From the NCBI RefSeq assembly GCF_963921235.1, contig NC_086108.1:2666001-2730000 (forward strand): 64,000 bases of DNA, read 5' to 3'. Positions 1-11,179 of the stretch are shown one piece after another. Source of the DNA: Mobula hypostoma. Taxonomy: Eukaryota. Position numbers and translations under genes: made by a program. The notes under the pieces were generated by a model. That model was not told where the DNA came from. It did not search any database and worked only from the letters and a program-made list of their open reading frames with translations. The stretch's first letter is position 1. Each line of letters starts with the position of its first letter.

Positions 1-1505
1 GAGCCATCAAATGCTCCGCATCCATTAATCCCTTCATTTCTGTAATAATTCTCATGAACCTCTACTGAGCTCTCCAATGCCAGTACATCTCTTCTTAGAA
101 AAGTTGCCTAAAACTGCTCACAATACTCTAAGGGTGGTCTGACCAATGTCTTATAAAGCCTCAACATTACATCTTTGCTTTTATATTCTAGTCCACTTGA
201 AATGCATGCTAACCTCACAATTACCTTCCCCACCACTGACTCAACCTGCAAGTTAACCTTTAGGGAATCCTGCACAAAGTTCCTTTGCACCTCTGATGTT
301 TGAATTTTCTCCCCATTTAGAAAACTGTCCACTCCTTTATTCCTTCTAGTAAATTGCATGACCATATGCTTCCCTACACTGTATTCTTTCCCATTCTCCC
401 AATCTGTCCAGGTCCTTCTGCAGACTCTCTGCTTCTTTAACACTACCTGCCCCTTCACCTATCTTCATATTAACTACAAACTTGGCCACAAAGTCATCAG
501 TTCCTTCATTTAAATCATTGACCTATAACGTAGAAAGAAGTGGTCCCAACATGGCAGAACATCACTAGTCGGGGCAGCCAGCTGGAAAAGGCCCCTTCAT
601 TCCCCCTCTTAGTTTCCTGCTAATCAGCTAATCTTCTATCCGTCTTAGTATATTTCCTGTAATACCATGGGCTCTTAACTTGTTAAGCAGCCTCATGTGC
701 AGCATTTTGTCGAATGCCTTCTGAAAACCCACATAAACAACACACTGACTCGCCTTTCTCTATCCTGCCTGTTATTTCCTCAAATAATCCAGTAGATTTG
801 TCAGGCAAGATTTCCCCTTAAGGAAACCATGCTGACTTTGGCCTATTTTATCATGTGCTCCAAGTACCCTGAAACCTCAGCCATGATTGCCTGATCCTGC
901 CTTTAGAATACTTATTCACCTTTGGGATATTTCTGTCCTACGCCCTCCAAATTGACCCCTGAAGCTCCAGCCATTGCTATTCTACCGCCATCCCTGCTAG
1001 TATCCACTTTCAGTCAATTTTGGCCAGCTCCTCCCTCATACCTCTGTAATGCCCTTTCTCCACCATAATACTGATACATCTGACTTTAGCTTCTCCTCAA
1101 ATTGCAGTCGAATTCTATCATATTATGATCACTGCCTCCTAATGGTTCTTTTACCTTGAGCTTCCTAATTAATTATGCAATGCTCAATCCAGAATTGCCT
1201 TTCCCCAAGTGGGCTGGACCACAAGCTGCTCTAAAAAGCTACATCATAGGCATTCTACAACTTCCCTCTCTTGGGATCCAGCATCAATCTGATTTTCCCA
1301 GTTTACTTGCATATTGAAATTTCTGTCCATGATTATTGTAACATTGCCCTTTTGACAAGTCTTTTCTATCTCCCATTGTAATTTGTAGCCCTCATCCTTT
1401 CTACTGTTCAGAGGCCTGTATATAACTCCCATCAAGGTCTTTTTATCCTTGCAGTTTCTTTACTCTACTCAAAAGAATTCTACATCTTTCAATCCTACAT
1501 CTTTC
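1..1505 (-). mobile_element. Decayed, internally deleted CR1-clade LINE (endonuclease, RT and C-terminal remnants)
   Basis: Minus-strand translations GVIYRP..NFNM (APE endonuclease-like) and LYKTLVRPPLEYCEQF (CR1 ORF2 C-terminus). Confidence 0.85.
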
Positions 1506-1619
1506 AAAGTGGTCAAGCCCGTTTGGGGAAAGCCAGTTCTAGATTCCTCCAGCATTTGTGTTTGGGATATCCTGACAGTTGTAAAGATGAATTTAGTCTG
1601 GAAGTTTAGTATTGATAAT

Positions 1620-3215
1620 AAGGAGCTGGAAGGGTTAACGTATGAGGAGTGTTTGGTGGCTCTGGTCCTGTACTCACTGTTTTAGAGGAATGTGGGGGAG
1701 CTCATTGAGAACTATCGAATGCTGAAAACCCTCAATAGAGTGGATGTGGAGAGGATGTTTCCTATAGTGGGGGAGTCTAGGACCAGAGGACACAGATAGA
1801 GTGGATGTGGAGAGGATGTTTCCTGTAGTGCGGGAGTCTAGGACCAGAGGACACAGATAGAGTGGATGTGGAGAGGATGTTTCCTATAGTGGGGGAGTCT
1901 AGGACCAGAGGACACAGACAGAGTGGATGTGGAGAGGATGTTTCCTGTAGTGCGGGAGTCTAGGACCAGAGGACACAGATGGAGTGGATGTGGAGAGGAT
2001 GTTTCCTATAGTGGGGGAGTCTAGGACCAGAGGGCACAGATAGAGTGGATGTGGAGAGGATGTTTCCTGTAGCCGGGGAGTCTAGGACCAGAGGACACAG
2101 ATAGAGTGGATGTGGAGAGGATGTTTCCTATAGTGGGGGAGTCTAGGACCAGAGGGCACAGATAGAGTGGATGTGGAGAGGATGTTTCTTATAGTGGGGG
2201 AGTCTAGGACCAGAGGGCACAGATAAAGTGGATGTGGAGAGGATGTTTCCTATATTGGGGGAGTCTAGGACCAGAGGACACAGATAGAGTGGATGTGGAG
2301 AGGATGTTTCCTGTACTGGGGGAGTCTAGGACCAGAGGACACAGATAGAGTGGATGTGGAGAGGATGTTTCCTATAGTGGGGGAGTCTAGGACCAGAGGA
2401 CACAGATAGAGTGGATGTGGAGAGGATGGTTCCTGTAGCCGGGGAGTCTAGGACCAGAGGACACAGATAGAGTGGATGTGGAGAGGATGTTTCCTATGGT
2501 GGGGGAGTCTAGGACCAGAGGACACAGATAGAGTGGATGTGGAGAGGATGTTTCCTGTACTGGGGGAGTCTAGGAGCAGAGGACACAGATAGAGTGGATG
2601 TGGAGAGGATGTTTCCTGTAGCGGGGGAGTCTAGGACCAGGGGGCACAGATAGAGTGGATGTGGAGAGGATGTTTCCTGTAGCGGGGGAGTCTAGGACCA
2701 GAGGACACAGATAGAGTGGATGTGGAGAGGATGTTTCCTGTAGTGGGAGAGTCTAGGACCAGAGGACACAGATAGAGTGGATGTGGAGAGGATGTTTCCT
2801 GTAGTGGGAGAGTCTAGGACCAGAGGACACAGATAGAGTGGATGAGGAGAGGATGTTTCCTATAGTGGGAGAGTCTAGGACCAGAGGACACAGATAGAGT
2901 GGATGAGGAGAGGATGTTTCCTATGGTGGGGGAGCCTAGGACCAGAGGACACAGCTTCAGAACAGAGAGACTTCAATTCAGAACAGGAATTTCTTTAGCC
3001 AGAGAGTAGTTAATCTGTGGAATTCATTGCACAGACAGCTGCAGTAACCAAGTTATTGGATATATTTGAAGCAGAGGTTGATAGTTTCTTGGTGAGTCAG
3101 GGTGTTAGGAGGCAGGGGAATGGAGTTGAGCAGGAACTTCGATCAGCCATGATGGAATGGTGAATTAGTTGATGATCCGAATGGCCTAATTCTGCTCCCA
3201 TATCTTATGGTCTAA
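1620..3215 (+). mobile_element. CR1 LINE 3' fragment hosting a tandem array
   Basis: LEGLTYEECL..LYSL, ttctttagccagagagtagttaatctgtggaattc and the 3' end ggcctaattctgctcc..tcttatggtct. Confidence 0.88.
1735..2954 (+). repeat. Minisatellite, 20 x 61 bp, derived from CR1 ORF2 3' sequence
   Basis: Unit atagagtggatgtggagaggatgtttcctatagtgggggagtctaggaccagaggacacag; 1220 bp = 20 units. Confidence 0.97.
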
Positions 3216-3323
3216 GTGTGATTAACTTGTGTTTGAACATTCTTGCTGAAGTGTTCACTGCGTTGGTAACGAGGAAGGGGGGCTTATTCACTTAAGTCTA
3301 ACTTCTGGTTTGTTCTCTTGCAG

Positions 3324-3364
3324 TTTGCAAGACCAGGGTTGCACAGGGATCGAGTTCCCACAAT
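3324..3364 (+). CDS. ITPK1: ITPK1-like internal coding exon (41 nt): xCKTRVAQGSSSHN; upstream exons lie outside the window
   Basis: Acceptor ttctcttgcag and donor gtgagt. Matches the ITPK1 motif ICKTRVAHGTNSHE (ATP-binding Lys). The 41-nt size equals the human exon as recalled. Confidence 0.92.
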
Positions 3365-3584
3365 GTGAGTAGTGGACCAAGACTGTGAACTCTGTACACT
3401 CAAAGCTGGATGCTTCAGGAAACCTTTCCCAGTCCTCCAGTTTCAAATGAGCCAAGTGCCTTCAGCCGACTTTAAGCCTTAAAACCCCCAAACAAAGAAT
3501 TTCAAGATGGTGTCACAGATTCTCACAGACCAGGAGTCCATTCACTGGATCTTCACTCTTAGTTCCTCTTGACGCCTCCTATAT

Positions 3585-3840
3585 TTGACTTGCTGCTCTC
3601 ACCGACCCTTCAAGCAATCTGTTCCAAATAGCAACCTTTACCTCCTTCACCTATCACCTCCTAGCTAATAACTTTATTCCTCCCGCCACTCACCTGGTCT
3701 CGCTCATCACCTGCCAGCCTGCACTACCCCTCCCCTCACATTCGGCCTTCTTCCCCCTTCATTTCCAGCCCATTGAAGGGTTTCAGCCTGAAACACTGAC
3801 TGTTTACTTCCTCCTCCAGCATTGTGTGTGTGTGTGTTGC
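3585..3840 (+). mobile_element. Penelope-like element 3'/pLTR fragment (old)
   Basis: Resembles other copies: ..gaagggtttcagcctgaaacactgactg..cctccagcattgtgtgtg. Confidence 0.65.
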
Positions 3841-3999
3841 TGTGGTAACCTATGTTCTTTGTTTGAAAAATTCCTTTCTCATCAACCTTGTCACAAGGAG
3901 GAGTTTCTTTAAAATTTAATCAAGATCCCTTGAGCTGATTATTGATTTTCTTTATTAATTTCCTTCTTTATTTAATCAATCCTCTCCTTGACTTGCTAA

Positions 4000-4780
4000 G
4001 CCTGCAAGGCCACCTGACACAATAAGCGCTGAAAGCCAGAGCAGTGTACACAGAATCCAGCAGCGTTACACCCATGTTACCAATTAGCCTATTGAGCAAG
4101 ACCGATCACAAAGCACTCCAGCGGGTGATCAGGACAGCTCAGCACTTCACTGGAACTCAACTACCCGACCTGAAGCAACCTACAACCCTCAGTGCCTATG
4201 GCATGCTCATCACACCATCAAAGACCCATCCCATCCCATCCCAGACGCTGACTGTTCAACCTCCTGCCATCTGGTAGGAGAAACGTCTTAGCCAAGACAG
4301 TAAGGCTGAAATACAGCTTCTTGGGAAGAGCTGGTGAACGCAGCAGGCCAGGCAGCATCTATTGGAAGAGGTACGGTCGACGTTTCGGGCCGAGACGCTT
4401 CGTTAGGACTAACTGAAGGAGCTAGCTCTTCTTTCAGTTAGTCCTGACGAAGGGTCTCGACTGTACCTCTTCCTAGAGATGCTGCCTGGCCTGCTGCGTT
4501 CACCAGCAACTTTTATGTGTGTTGCTTGAAATTCCAGCATCTGCAGAATTCCTCGTGTTTGCGTCTTCCAAAGAGCTGTTGTGTGTTGAATAATGCTACA
4601 CTCCGGCTTGCCAATTGCCTTGGAGTGTTATGGACTATCAAAGTCACTTGTTGCATGTAGATATGGGAAGTTTTAGAGAATTAAATCATGCCACATTCAT
4701 TGTCAATATCTGTTTTACACAGACTGGAGTAGCACCACAATCTCGTTGTCTTGAACAATGACAATAAAGTTCTGTTCTAT
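4000..4780 (+). mobile_element. Rex/Babar-type LINE 3' fragment, split by a Penelope palindrome
   Basis: HKALQRVIRTAQ, LFNLLPSGRR..RLKYSF before 4320; continues after 4565 to an aataaag tail. Confidence 0.65.
4330..4560. repeat. Fold-back palindrome formed by two head-to-head Penelope termini
   Basis: 4330-4423 is the near reverse complement of 4424-4507, centred on gagctagctc (4419-4428). Confidence 0.9.
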
Positions 4781-4789
4781 TCTACCTGG

Positions 4790-4976
4790 TACATCTTTGG
4801 ACTGTGGGAGGAAACTGGAACACTTGGAGGAAACCCACATGATCACGGGGGAAGATACAAGCTCTTTATGATCACGAGGGAAGATACAAGCTCTTTACAG
4901 ACAGCAACAGGAATTGAACCCAGTTCACTGGCACTGCAATGGTGTCACGCTAACAGCTACATTACCATGCTGCCCC
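4790..4976 (-). mobile_element. tRNA-derived V-SINE/HE1-like SINE
   Basis: Minus strand has a tRNA-like head (ggggcagcatggt..gggttcaattcc) and the core gtgggtttcctcc..ccagtttcctcccacagtccaaaga. Confidence 0.75.
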
Positions 4977-4984
4977 AAAACCAT

Positions 4985-5056
4985 CTCCCCATTGGGGAAC
5001 TGAACCCCAGACTCCCTCGTGACAGGCAGGGATACTGACCACTGTATCAATGAGGA
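4985..5056 (-). tRNA. tRNA-Asp(GTC), degenerate and probably a pseudogene
   Basis: Minus strand TCCTCATTGATACAGTGGTCAGTATCCCTGCCTGTCACGAGGGAGTCTGGGGTTCAGTTCCCCAATGGGGAG (72 nt) aligns without gaps to vertebrate tRNA-Asp. Anticodon GTC, T-loop TTCAGTT, one anticodon-stem mismatch, TTTT 4 nt downstream. Confidence 0.85.
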
Positions 5057-5124
5057 AGCGATTCCTGAAATGTGATAATGTGTCAGGAACATAGCAGAGA
5101 TTCCTGAAATGTAATAATGTATTA

Positions 5125-5790
5125 GGAACATAGAAGAGTACAGAACAGGAACAAGCCATTCAGCCCACGATGTTGTGCTGAACCAGTTAGAAAGCAGATC
5201 AAAAAGCCCGCAAACACTAATCCCTCTTACCTACACTGTGTCCATATCCCCCCCCCATCTTCCTCACATCCATGTGCCTATCCAAACGTCTCTTAAAAGC
5301 CTCCAATGTATTTGCCTCTACCACCAGACCAGGCAGCGCATTCCAGGCATCCACCACTCTCTGAGTAAAAAAACTTACCCCTCACATACCCCTTGAACCT
5401 ACCCCCCTCACCCTCTGGTATAAATTGAGGGTGTATATCAGAAGAGGTACACCCTCAATGTACGTCCTCTGGTATTAGACATTTCTACCCTGGGAAACAG
5501 ATACTGTCTGTCCACTCTATATCTGCCTCTCATAATCTCGTAAAACTCTTATCAGATCTCCCCTCAGCCTCCTGTGCTCCAGAGAAAACAACAAGTTTAT
5601 CCAGCCCCTCATGATAACACATGCCCTCTAAACCAGGCAGCATCCTGGTAAACCTCTTCTGTACCCTCTCCAAAGCCTCACCATCATTCCTATAGTGGGT
5701 GATCAGAACTGTACACAATACTCCAGATGCGGCCTGATCAGAGTTTTATAAAGTCGCAGCATTAGCTCTTGATTTTTGAACTCAATGCTT
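5125..5790 (-). mobile_element. CR1 LINE 3' fragment
   Basis: ALERVQKRFTRMLPGL translation; tail reads aacatagaag on the + strand. Confidence 0.88.
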
Positions 5791-6094
5791 ATAGACTACA
5801 GCTTTTAAAGTTCTCATTTCCTGGGAAAATGACTCCATTCACCTTGTCTATAACCCTTTCATTCAATGCATGCCCTCTGGGTTAAGCACCCAAGGTTGAA
5901 AGAGTTGGCATGTAGAAGTGAGAAGGAGACAAGGTCCTGGAGCTCGGGAAAGCAGGGGCGGAAATGGACAGTTGACATTTTGGGTTGACCTCTCCAGCTG
6001 GCGTGAAGGAGATTCCTCCAGCATCTCGAGTGTTGCTCTGGATTACAGCATCTCGTGTCTCCATTATAGAAACAAGAGTTCCTTTTCTTCGCAG

Positions 6095-6260
6095 ATGGCT
6101 CTCATCTTCAGTGAAGACGGTCTACAGGACATCAGTCTGCCCTGCGTGCTACAGAGTTTCATCAATCATAACGCTGTCCTCTATAAAATCTTTGTGGTTG
6201 GTCAGTCGCATTTTGTTGTGAAAAGACCATCCCTGAAGAATTTTGCCCTTGGTAAATCAG
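6095..6260 (+). CDS. ITPK1: ITPK1-like coding exon (166 nt): MALIFSEDGLQDISLPCVLQSFINHNAVLYKIFVVGQSHFVVKRPSLKNFALGKS
   Basis: Acceptor ccttttcttcgcag and donor gttagt. ATP-grasp ITPK1 signature QxFINHNAVLYKxFVVG...RPSLKNF. In frame with flanking exons. Confidence 0.96.
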
Positions 6261-6914
6261 GTTAGTTTAACCAACAGGTCTGTGTGTGGGCCAAATCGGA
6301 GTCAGCATTTTTGTGCAGTACTGTATTTGTCAAAGTGGAGCAGAGAGTGAGTTTGTAAATCTGGCGGGGGCAAATAATGTTGGGAATGGCGAGCACTGTG
6401 GAAAGGGTGTGGGACAGGTGGCAGAGGGGGAGTGACTGGGTGGGGGGGGGGAGTAGCACGAGTACAGACACAGCCAGCCCTGAGACACCAGGCAGGGTCA
6501 TTTGACTCCAAACAATTGGTTTATTGATCATTACAGAATGTCTCTCTGGTGCTTCCCTCTGCATTCCCCTTTTCCCAAACATGGTTCCCCTCTCCCTGCT
6601 CTCTCCCCACTCTCAGTTACAATAGAGACCCATATCAGCGTCAGGTTTACCATCACTCACACATGCCATGCTTTGTTTTACAGTGTAACACACAGAATTC
6701 CTACAGTACTATGCAAAGGCCTGAGGCTCCCTGGTGATATACACAGCGTGTGCTGAAGACTTGCACAGTACTCTGTGTCGTTAAATTTGCTTTTGGTGGC
6801 AGCAATGCAGTGCTATGTATAAAATACTCTGGAAATTGCAATAAAAAATATATTTTGAACATTTACATTAAATAAGTGCAAAAAGAGAACAAAAATAGTG
6901 AAGTAGTGTCCAAA

Positions 6915-7880
6915 GAACATAAGAAATAGGAGCAGGAGTCGGCCATCTGGCCCGTCGAGCCTGTTCCGTCATTCAATAAGATCATGGCTGATCTGAACAT
7001 GGTCTCATCTCCACCTACCTGCCTTTTCTCCATAACCCCTAATTCCCCTACTATGCAAAAATCTATCCAATCTTGTCTTAAATATATTTACTGAGGTAGC
7101 CTCCACTGCCTCAGTGGGCAGAGAATTCCATAGATTCACCACTCTCTGGGAAACGCAGTTCCTCCTCATCTCCGTCCTAAATCTACTCCCCCGAATCTTG
7201 AGACTATGTCCCCTAGTTCTAGTCTCATCTACCAGTGGAAACAACTTTCCTGTCTCTATCTTATCTATCCCTTTCATAATTTTATATGTTTCTGTATGAT
7301 CTCCTCTCACTCTTCTGAATTCCAGCGAGTACAGTCCCTGGCGACTCAATCTCTCCTCATCGTCTAACCCCTTCATCCCTGGAATCAACCTGGTGAACCT
7401 CCTCTGCACTGTCTCCAAAGCCAGTATATCCTTCCTCAAGTATGGAGACCAGAACTGCACACAGTACTCCAGGTGCGGCCTCACCATTACCCTGTATAGT
7501 TGCAGCATGACCTCCCTGCTCTTGAATTCAATCCCTCTAGCAATGAAGGCCAACATCCCGTTTGCCTTCTTAATAATCTGTTGTACCTGCAAACCATCCT
7601 TTTGTGACTCATGCACAAGCACTCCCAAGTCCCTCTGCACAGCAGTATGCTGCAATCTTTCACCATTTAAACAATAATCTGATCTTCCATTTTCCCTTCC
7701 AAAGTGGATGACCTCACATTTACCAACATTGTACTCCATCTGTCAGACCCTTGCCCACTCACTTAACCTCTCTGCAGACTCTCTGTATCCTCTGCACAAT
7801 TTGCTTCTCCACTCAATTTGGTATCATCACCAAACTTGGGTGCACTGCACTCTTCCAGATCATTAAAGAATACCGTGACA
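6915..7880 (-). mobile_element. CR1 LINE 3' ~1 kb with open ORF2 C-terminus (7005-7739)
   Basis: FNVGKC-like start, RDLGVLV, VRPHLEYCVQFWSP, RTRGHSLK. Confidence 0.95.
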
Positions 7881-7929
7881 GTTGCGGGCCATGGGTTGAT
7901 TCATTGCCCGTTCAGGATCTGATGACAGG

Positions 7930-9500
7930 GGAAGAAGCTGTTGCTGAATCATTATGTGTGGGTCTTCAGGCTCGTGTACCCCTCCCCAATGGTAGCAATG
8001 AGAAGAGGGCACGTTCAAGAGGTGATTGCGGTTCCTTAATGAAGGATGCTGCCATTTTGAGACATTGCCTTTGGAAGATGCTGGGGAGTCTAGTGGACAT
8101 AATGGAGCTGACTGAGTTTACAACTCTCTGTAGCTTTTTCCGATCCTGTGCAGTAGCCCACTCTCCCTCCCCGCTCCTCCTTACAGTAGTGATACAACCA
8201 GTTAGACTGCTCTCCACAATACATCTGTAGAAATATGCAAGAGTCTTTGGTGACATGAAGTAAGCTACAGCAAAATTTTATCAAAGTACATATGTTACTA
8301 TATCCCACCTTGAGATTTATTGTTTCCAGACATTTACAGAAAAAATTTGAAGAAATACAATAGAATTTACAATAAAATTATCCATAAACAATGACTAACA
8401 AACAATGTGCAAGGGAAGGCAATTTGTACAAATTTAAAAATGCCAAGAACCTGAGTTTCGGAGTCTTTGAAAGTGAGTCTGTAGATTGTGGAGTCAATTC
8501 AGAGTTATAGTGAGTGAAGTTATCCACACTGGTTCAGGAGCTTGATGGTTGTGGGGTGATAACTGTTCCTGAACCTGGTAGTGTGGGACCTGAGGCTCAT
8601 TGTGGTGAGTGAAGTTATCCACACTGGTTCAGGAGCCTGATGGTTGTGGGGTAATAACTGTTCCTGAACCTGGTGGTGTGGGACCTGAGGCTCATTGTGG
8701 TGAGTGAAGTTATCCACACTGGTTCAGGAGCTTGATGGTTGAGGGGTAATAACTGTTCCTGAACCTGGTGGTGTGGGACCTGAGGCTCATTGAGGTGAGT
8801 GAAGTTATCCACACTGGTTCAGGAGCCTGATGGTTGTAGGGTAATAACTGTTCCTGAACCTGGTGGTGTGGGACCTGAGGCTCATTGTGGTGAGTGAAGT
8901 TATCCACACTGGTTCAGGAGCTTGATGGTTGTGGGGTAATAACTGTTCTTGAACCTGGTGGTGTGGGACCTGAGCCTCATTGTGGTGAGTGAAGTTATCC
9001 ACACTGGTTCAGGAGCCTGATGGTTGAGGGGTAATAACTGTTCCTGAACCTGGTGGTGTGGGACCTGAGGCTCATTGTGGTGAGTGAAGTTATCCACACT
9101 GGTTCAGGAGCCCGATGGTTGTGGGGTAATAACTGTTCCTGAACCTGGTGGTGTGGAACCCAAAGTTCCTGTACCTCCTGCACGATGGCAGTAGTGAGAA
9201 GAGAGCATGGCCTGGAAGATGGGGACCTTGACAATGGATGCTGCTTTCTTGTGGCAGCACTCCTTGTAAATGGTGGGGAGGGCTTTGCCTGTGATAGCCT
9301 GGGCCATATCCGCCATTTTTTTTTGTAGCCTTATCCATTCCTGGTCATTGGAGCTTCTATACTGGGCCATGATGCAATCATTTAGGTTACACTCCACTGC
9401 ACTTTATAGAAGTTTGTCAAAGTTTTTGGTGACATGCCAAATCTACACAAACTTCTTAAAAAAAAATGGTAGAGGTGATGTTGTGCTGCCTTTGTGATGG
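7930..9500 (-). mobile_element. Two tandem Rex/Babar-type LINE 3' fragments (7930-8255 and 8270-9500)
   Basis: FYRCIVESSLTGCIT..KKLQRVVN; HALFSLLPSCRRYR..TTRFRNSYYPTTI. Confidence 0.8.
8510..9157 (-). repeat. Minisatellite, ~6.8 x 95 bp, derived from the Rex/Babar ORF end
   Basis: ORF track repeats with exact 95-bp period (8520, 8615, 8710 ... 9090). The unit encodes HTTRFRNSYYPTTIRLLNQCG*. Confidence 0.96.
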
Positions 9501-9574
9501 CATTTCTGTGCTCTGGATTTCCAATGCCTGCAGAATCTCCTATGTGTGCATACAATCAGTGACCACTTCACTAG

Positions 9575-9855
9575 GGACAGCATGGTAGGGCGGTTGTTAG
9601 CACAATACTATTTTAGCTTGGAGCGTCAAAGTTCGGAGTTCAGTTCCGAGTTATATGTTAGAAGTTTGTATGAGCATGTGGTTTCCCCCGCGTGCTCCAG
9701 TTTCCTCCCACATTCCGAAGGTGTACTGGTTGGTAGGTTAATTGGTCATTGTAAATTATCCAGTGAAAAGCTGTGTTAAGTAGGTGGGTTGCTGGGAGTT
9801 GTGGTTCATTAGGCCGTAAGGGCCTGTTTTGTGTTGTATCTTTGAATAAATAAAT
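9575..9855 (+). mobile_element. V-SINE/HE1-like SINE
   Basis: tRNA-like head, gtgctccagtttcctcccacattcc core, LINE-like tail gggcctgttttgtgttgtatct..aataaa. Confidence 0.7.
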
Positions 9856-9859
9856 ATCT

Positions 9860-10905
9860 AGTCAGTAACTCAATGCGTAAAAGTGTGCCAACTTGGTCAA
9901 GAGGTTCAGCTGTTGTTCAGAAATATCAGAAGGGGGAAAGAGAAGTGATCTAAGTGACTTTGAAAGTGGAATGTTTGTTGGTGGGCTGGTTTGAGTACCT
10001 CAGAAACTGCTGAATCTTGACACACATTAGTGATAGACTCGTAGAAAAGTACAGCATAGAAACTGAACATTCACCCATCTAGTCCGTGCCGAACCATTTA
10101 AACTGTCTACTCAAATTGACTGGCACTGGAACCATAACACTCCGTACCCCTACCATTCATGTACCTATCCTAACTTCTCTTAAACGTTGAAGTCGAGCTC
10201 GCACGCTCCACTTGTGCTGGCAGCCCATTCCACACTCTCACCACCCTCCGAGTGAAGAAGTTCCCCTCATGTTCTCATTAAAGATTTCCCTTTCACTTTT
10301 AACACATCCCTCTGGTTGTAGTCCCACCCCAACCTCTTATCCATACCCCTCTTCATTTTGTATACCTCTATAAAATCTCCTCTCAGTCTTCTATGTTCCA
10401 AGGAATAAAGTCCTAACCTATTCAATCTTTCCTTGTAACTCAGGTCCTCCAGACCCAGCAACATCATCGTAGATTTTCTCTGTACTCTTTCAACCTTATT
10501 CACATCTTTCCTGTGGGTAGGTGACCAGAGCTACACACAATCCTTTACATCAGGGCCTCAGCAACATCCTGTACAACTTCAACATAACATCCCGTCTCCT
10601 GTACTCTTTCTCGAGACTTTCCACAGAATGGTGTGAACAACAAAATTACATCCGTTGAGCGCCAGTTCTGTGGGTGAAAACAGCTTGTTAATTAGAAGGG
10701 TCAGAGACTGGGCAAATTGATTCCAGCTGACAGTAACTCAAATAACCACGTGTTACAACAGTGGTGTGCAGAAGAGCATCTCTGAACGCTCCACACATCA
10801 AATCTTGAAGTGGACGGACTACAGCAGCAGAAAACCGCACCAAACCTCACTCCTGTGGCCACTTTGTTGGAAATACTCCTGTGCCGAATTGAATGGACAT
10901 TGAGT
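9860..10905 (+). mobile_element. Tc1-like DNA transposon remnant interrupted by a CR1 fragment (10040-10605, minus)
   Basis: Degenerate transposase N-terminus GKRSDLSDFESGMFVG..SETA. Resumes after the CR1 with YNSGVQKSISE..LKWTDYSSRKP. Confidence 0.7.
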
Positions 10906-10984
10906 GTTGGTGTCAGAGTGAGGAAGGAGGGATAGGTGGTGACTGAAGGGTGTACATGGTTCTCACTCTGCCTTTCATTCTCAG

Positions 10985-11052
10985 ATAGGAAAACGATATT
11001 CTTTAATAGTCACGAAGTTTCGAAACCGGAATCTCGCTCTCACCTAACACAG
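10985..11052 (+). CDS. ITPK1: ITPK1-like coding exon (68 nt): DRKTIFFNSHEVSKPESRSHLTQ
   Basis: Acceptor ctttcattctcag and donor gtaagt. Motif IFFNSHxVSKPES. Phase-1 start and phase-0 end fit the neighbours. Confidence 0.95.
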
Positions 11053-11179
11053 GTAAGTGCACGAGGTGCAGGAGGGCAGGGTGTCAGATAAAAATGAATA
11101 AAACAGTGTCCTGATGCTCCACCCTCTGCTCACCAGCTTTCCCCTGGTTAATGTGAACCAAGCAGTGAGACCCTAACTG

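Noticed and set aside
5918..6265. 115-aa ORF as a complete gene
   Set aside because: Only 6095-6260 is an ITPK1 exon; the 5' part is a decayed intronic Penelope fragment.
1735..9157. CRISPR-like appearance of the regularly spaced 61-bp and 95-bp repeats
   Set aside because: No unique spacers, no cas genes, vertebrate context; the units are LINE-derived.
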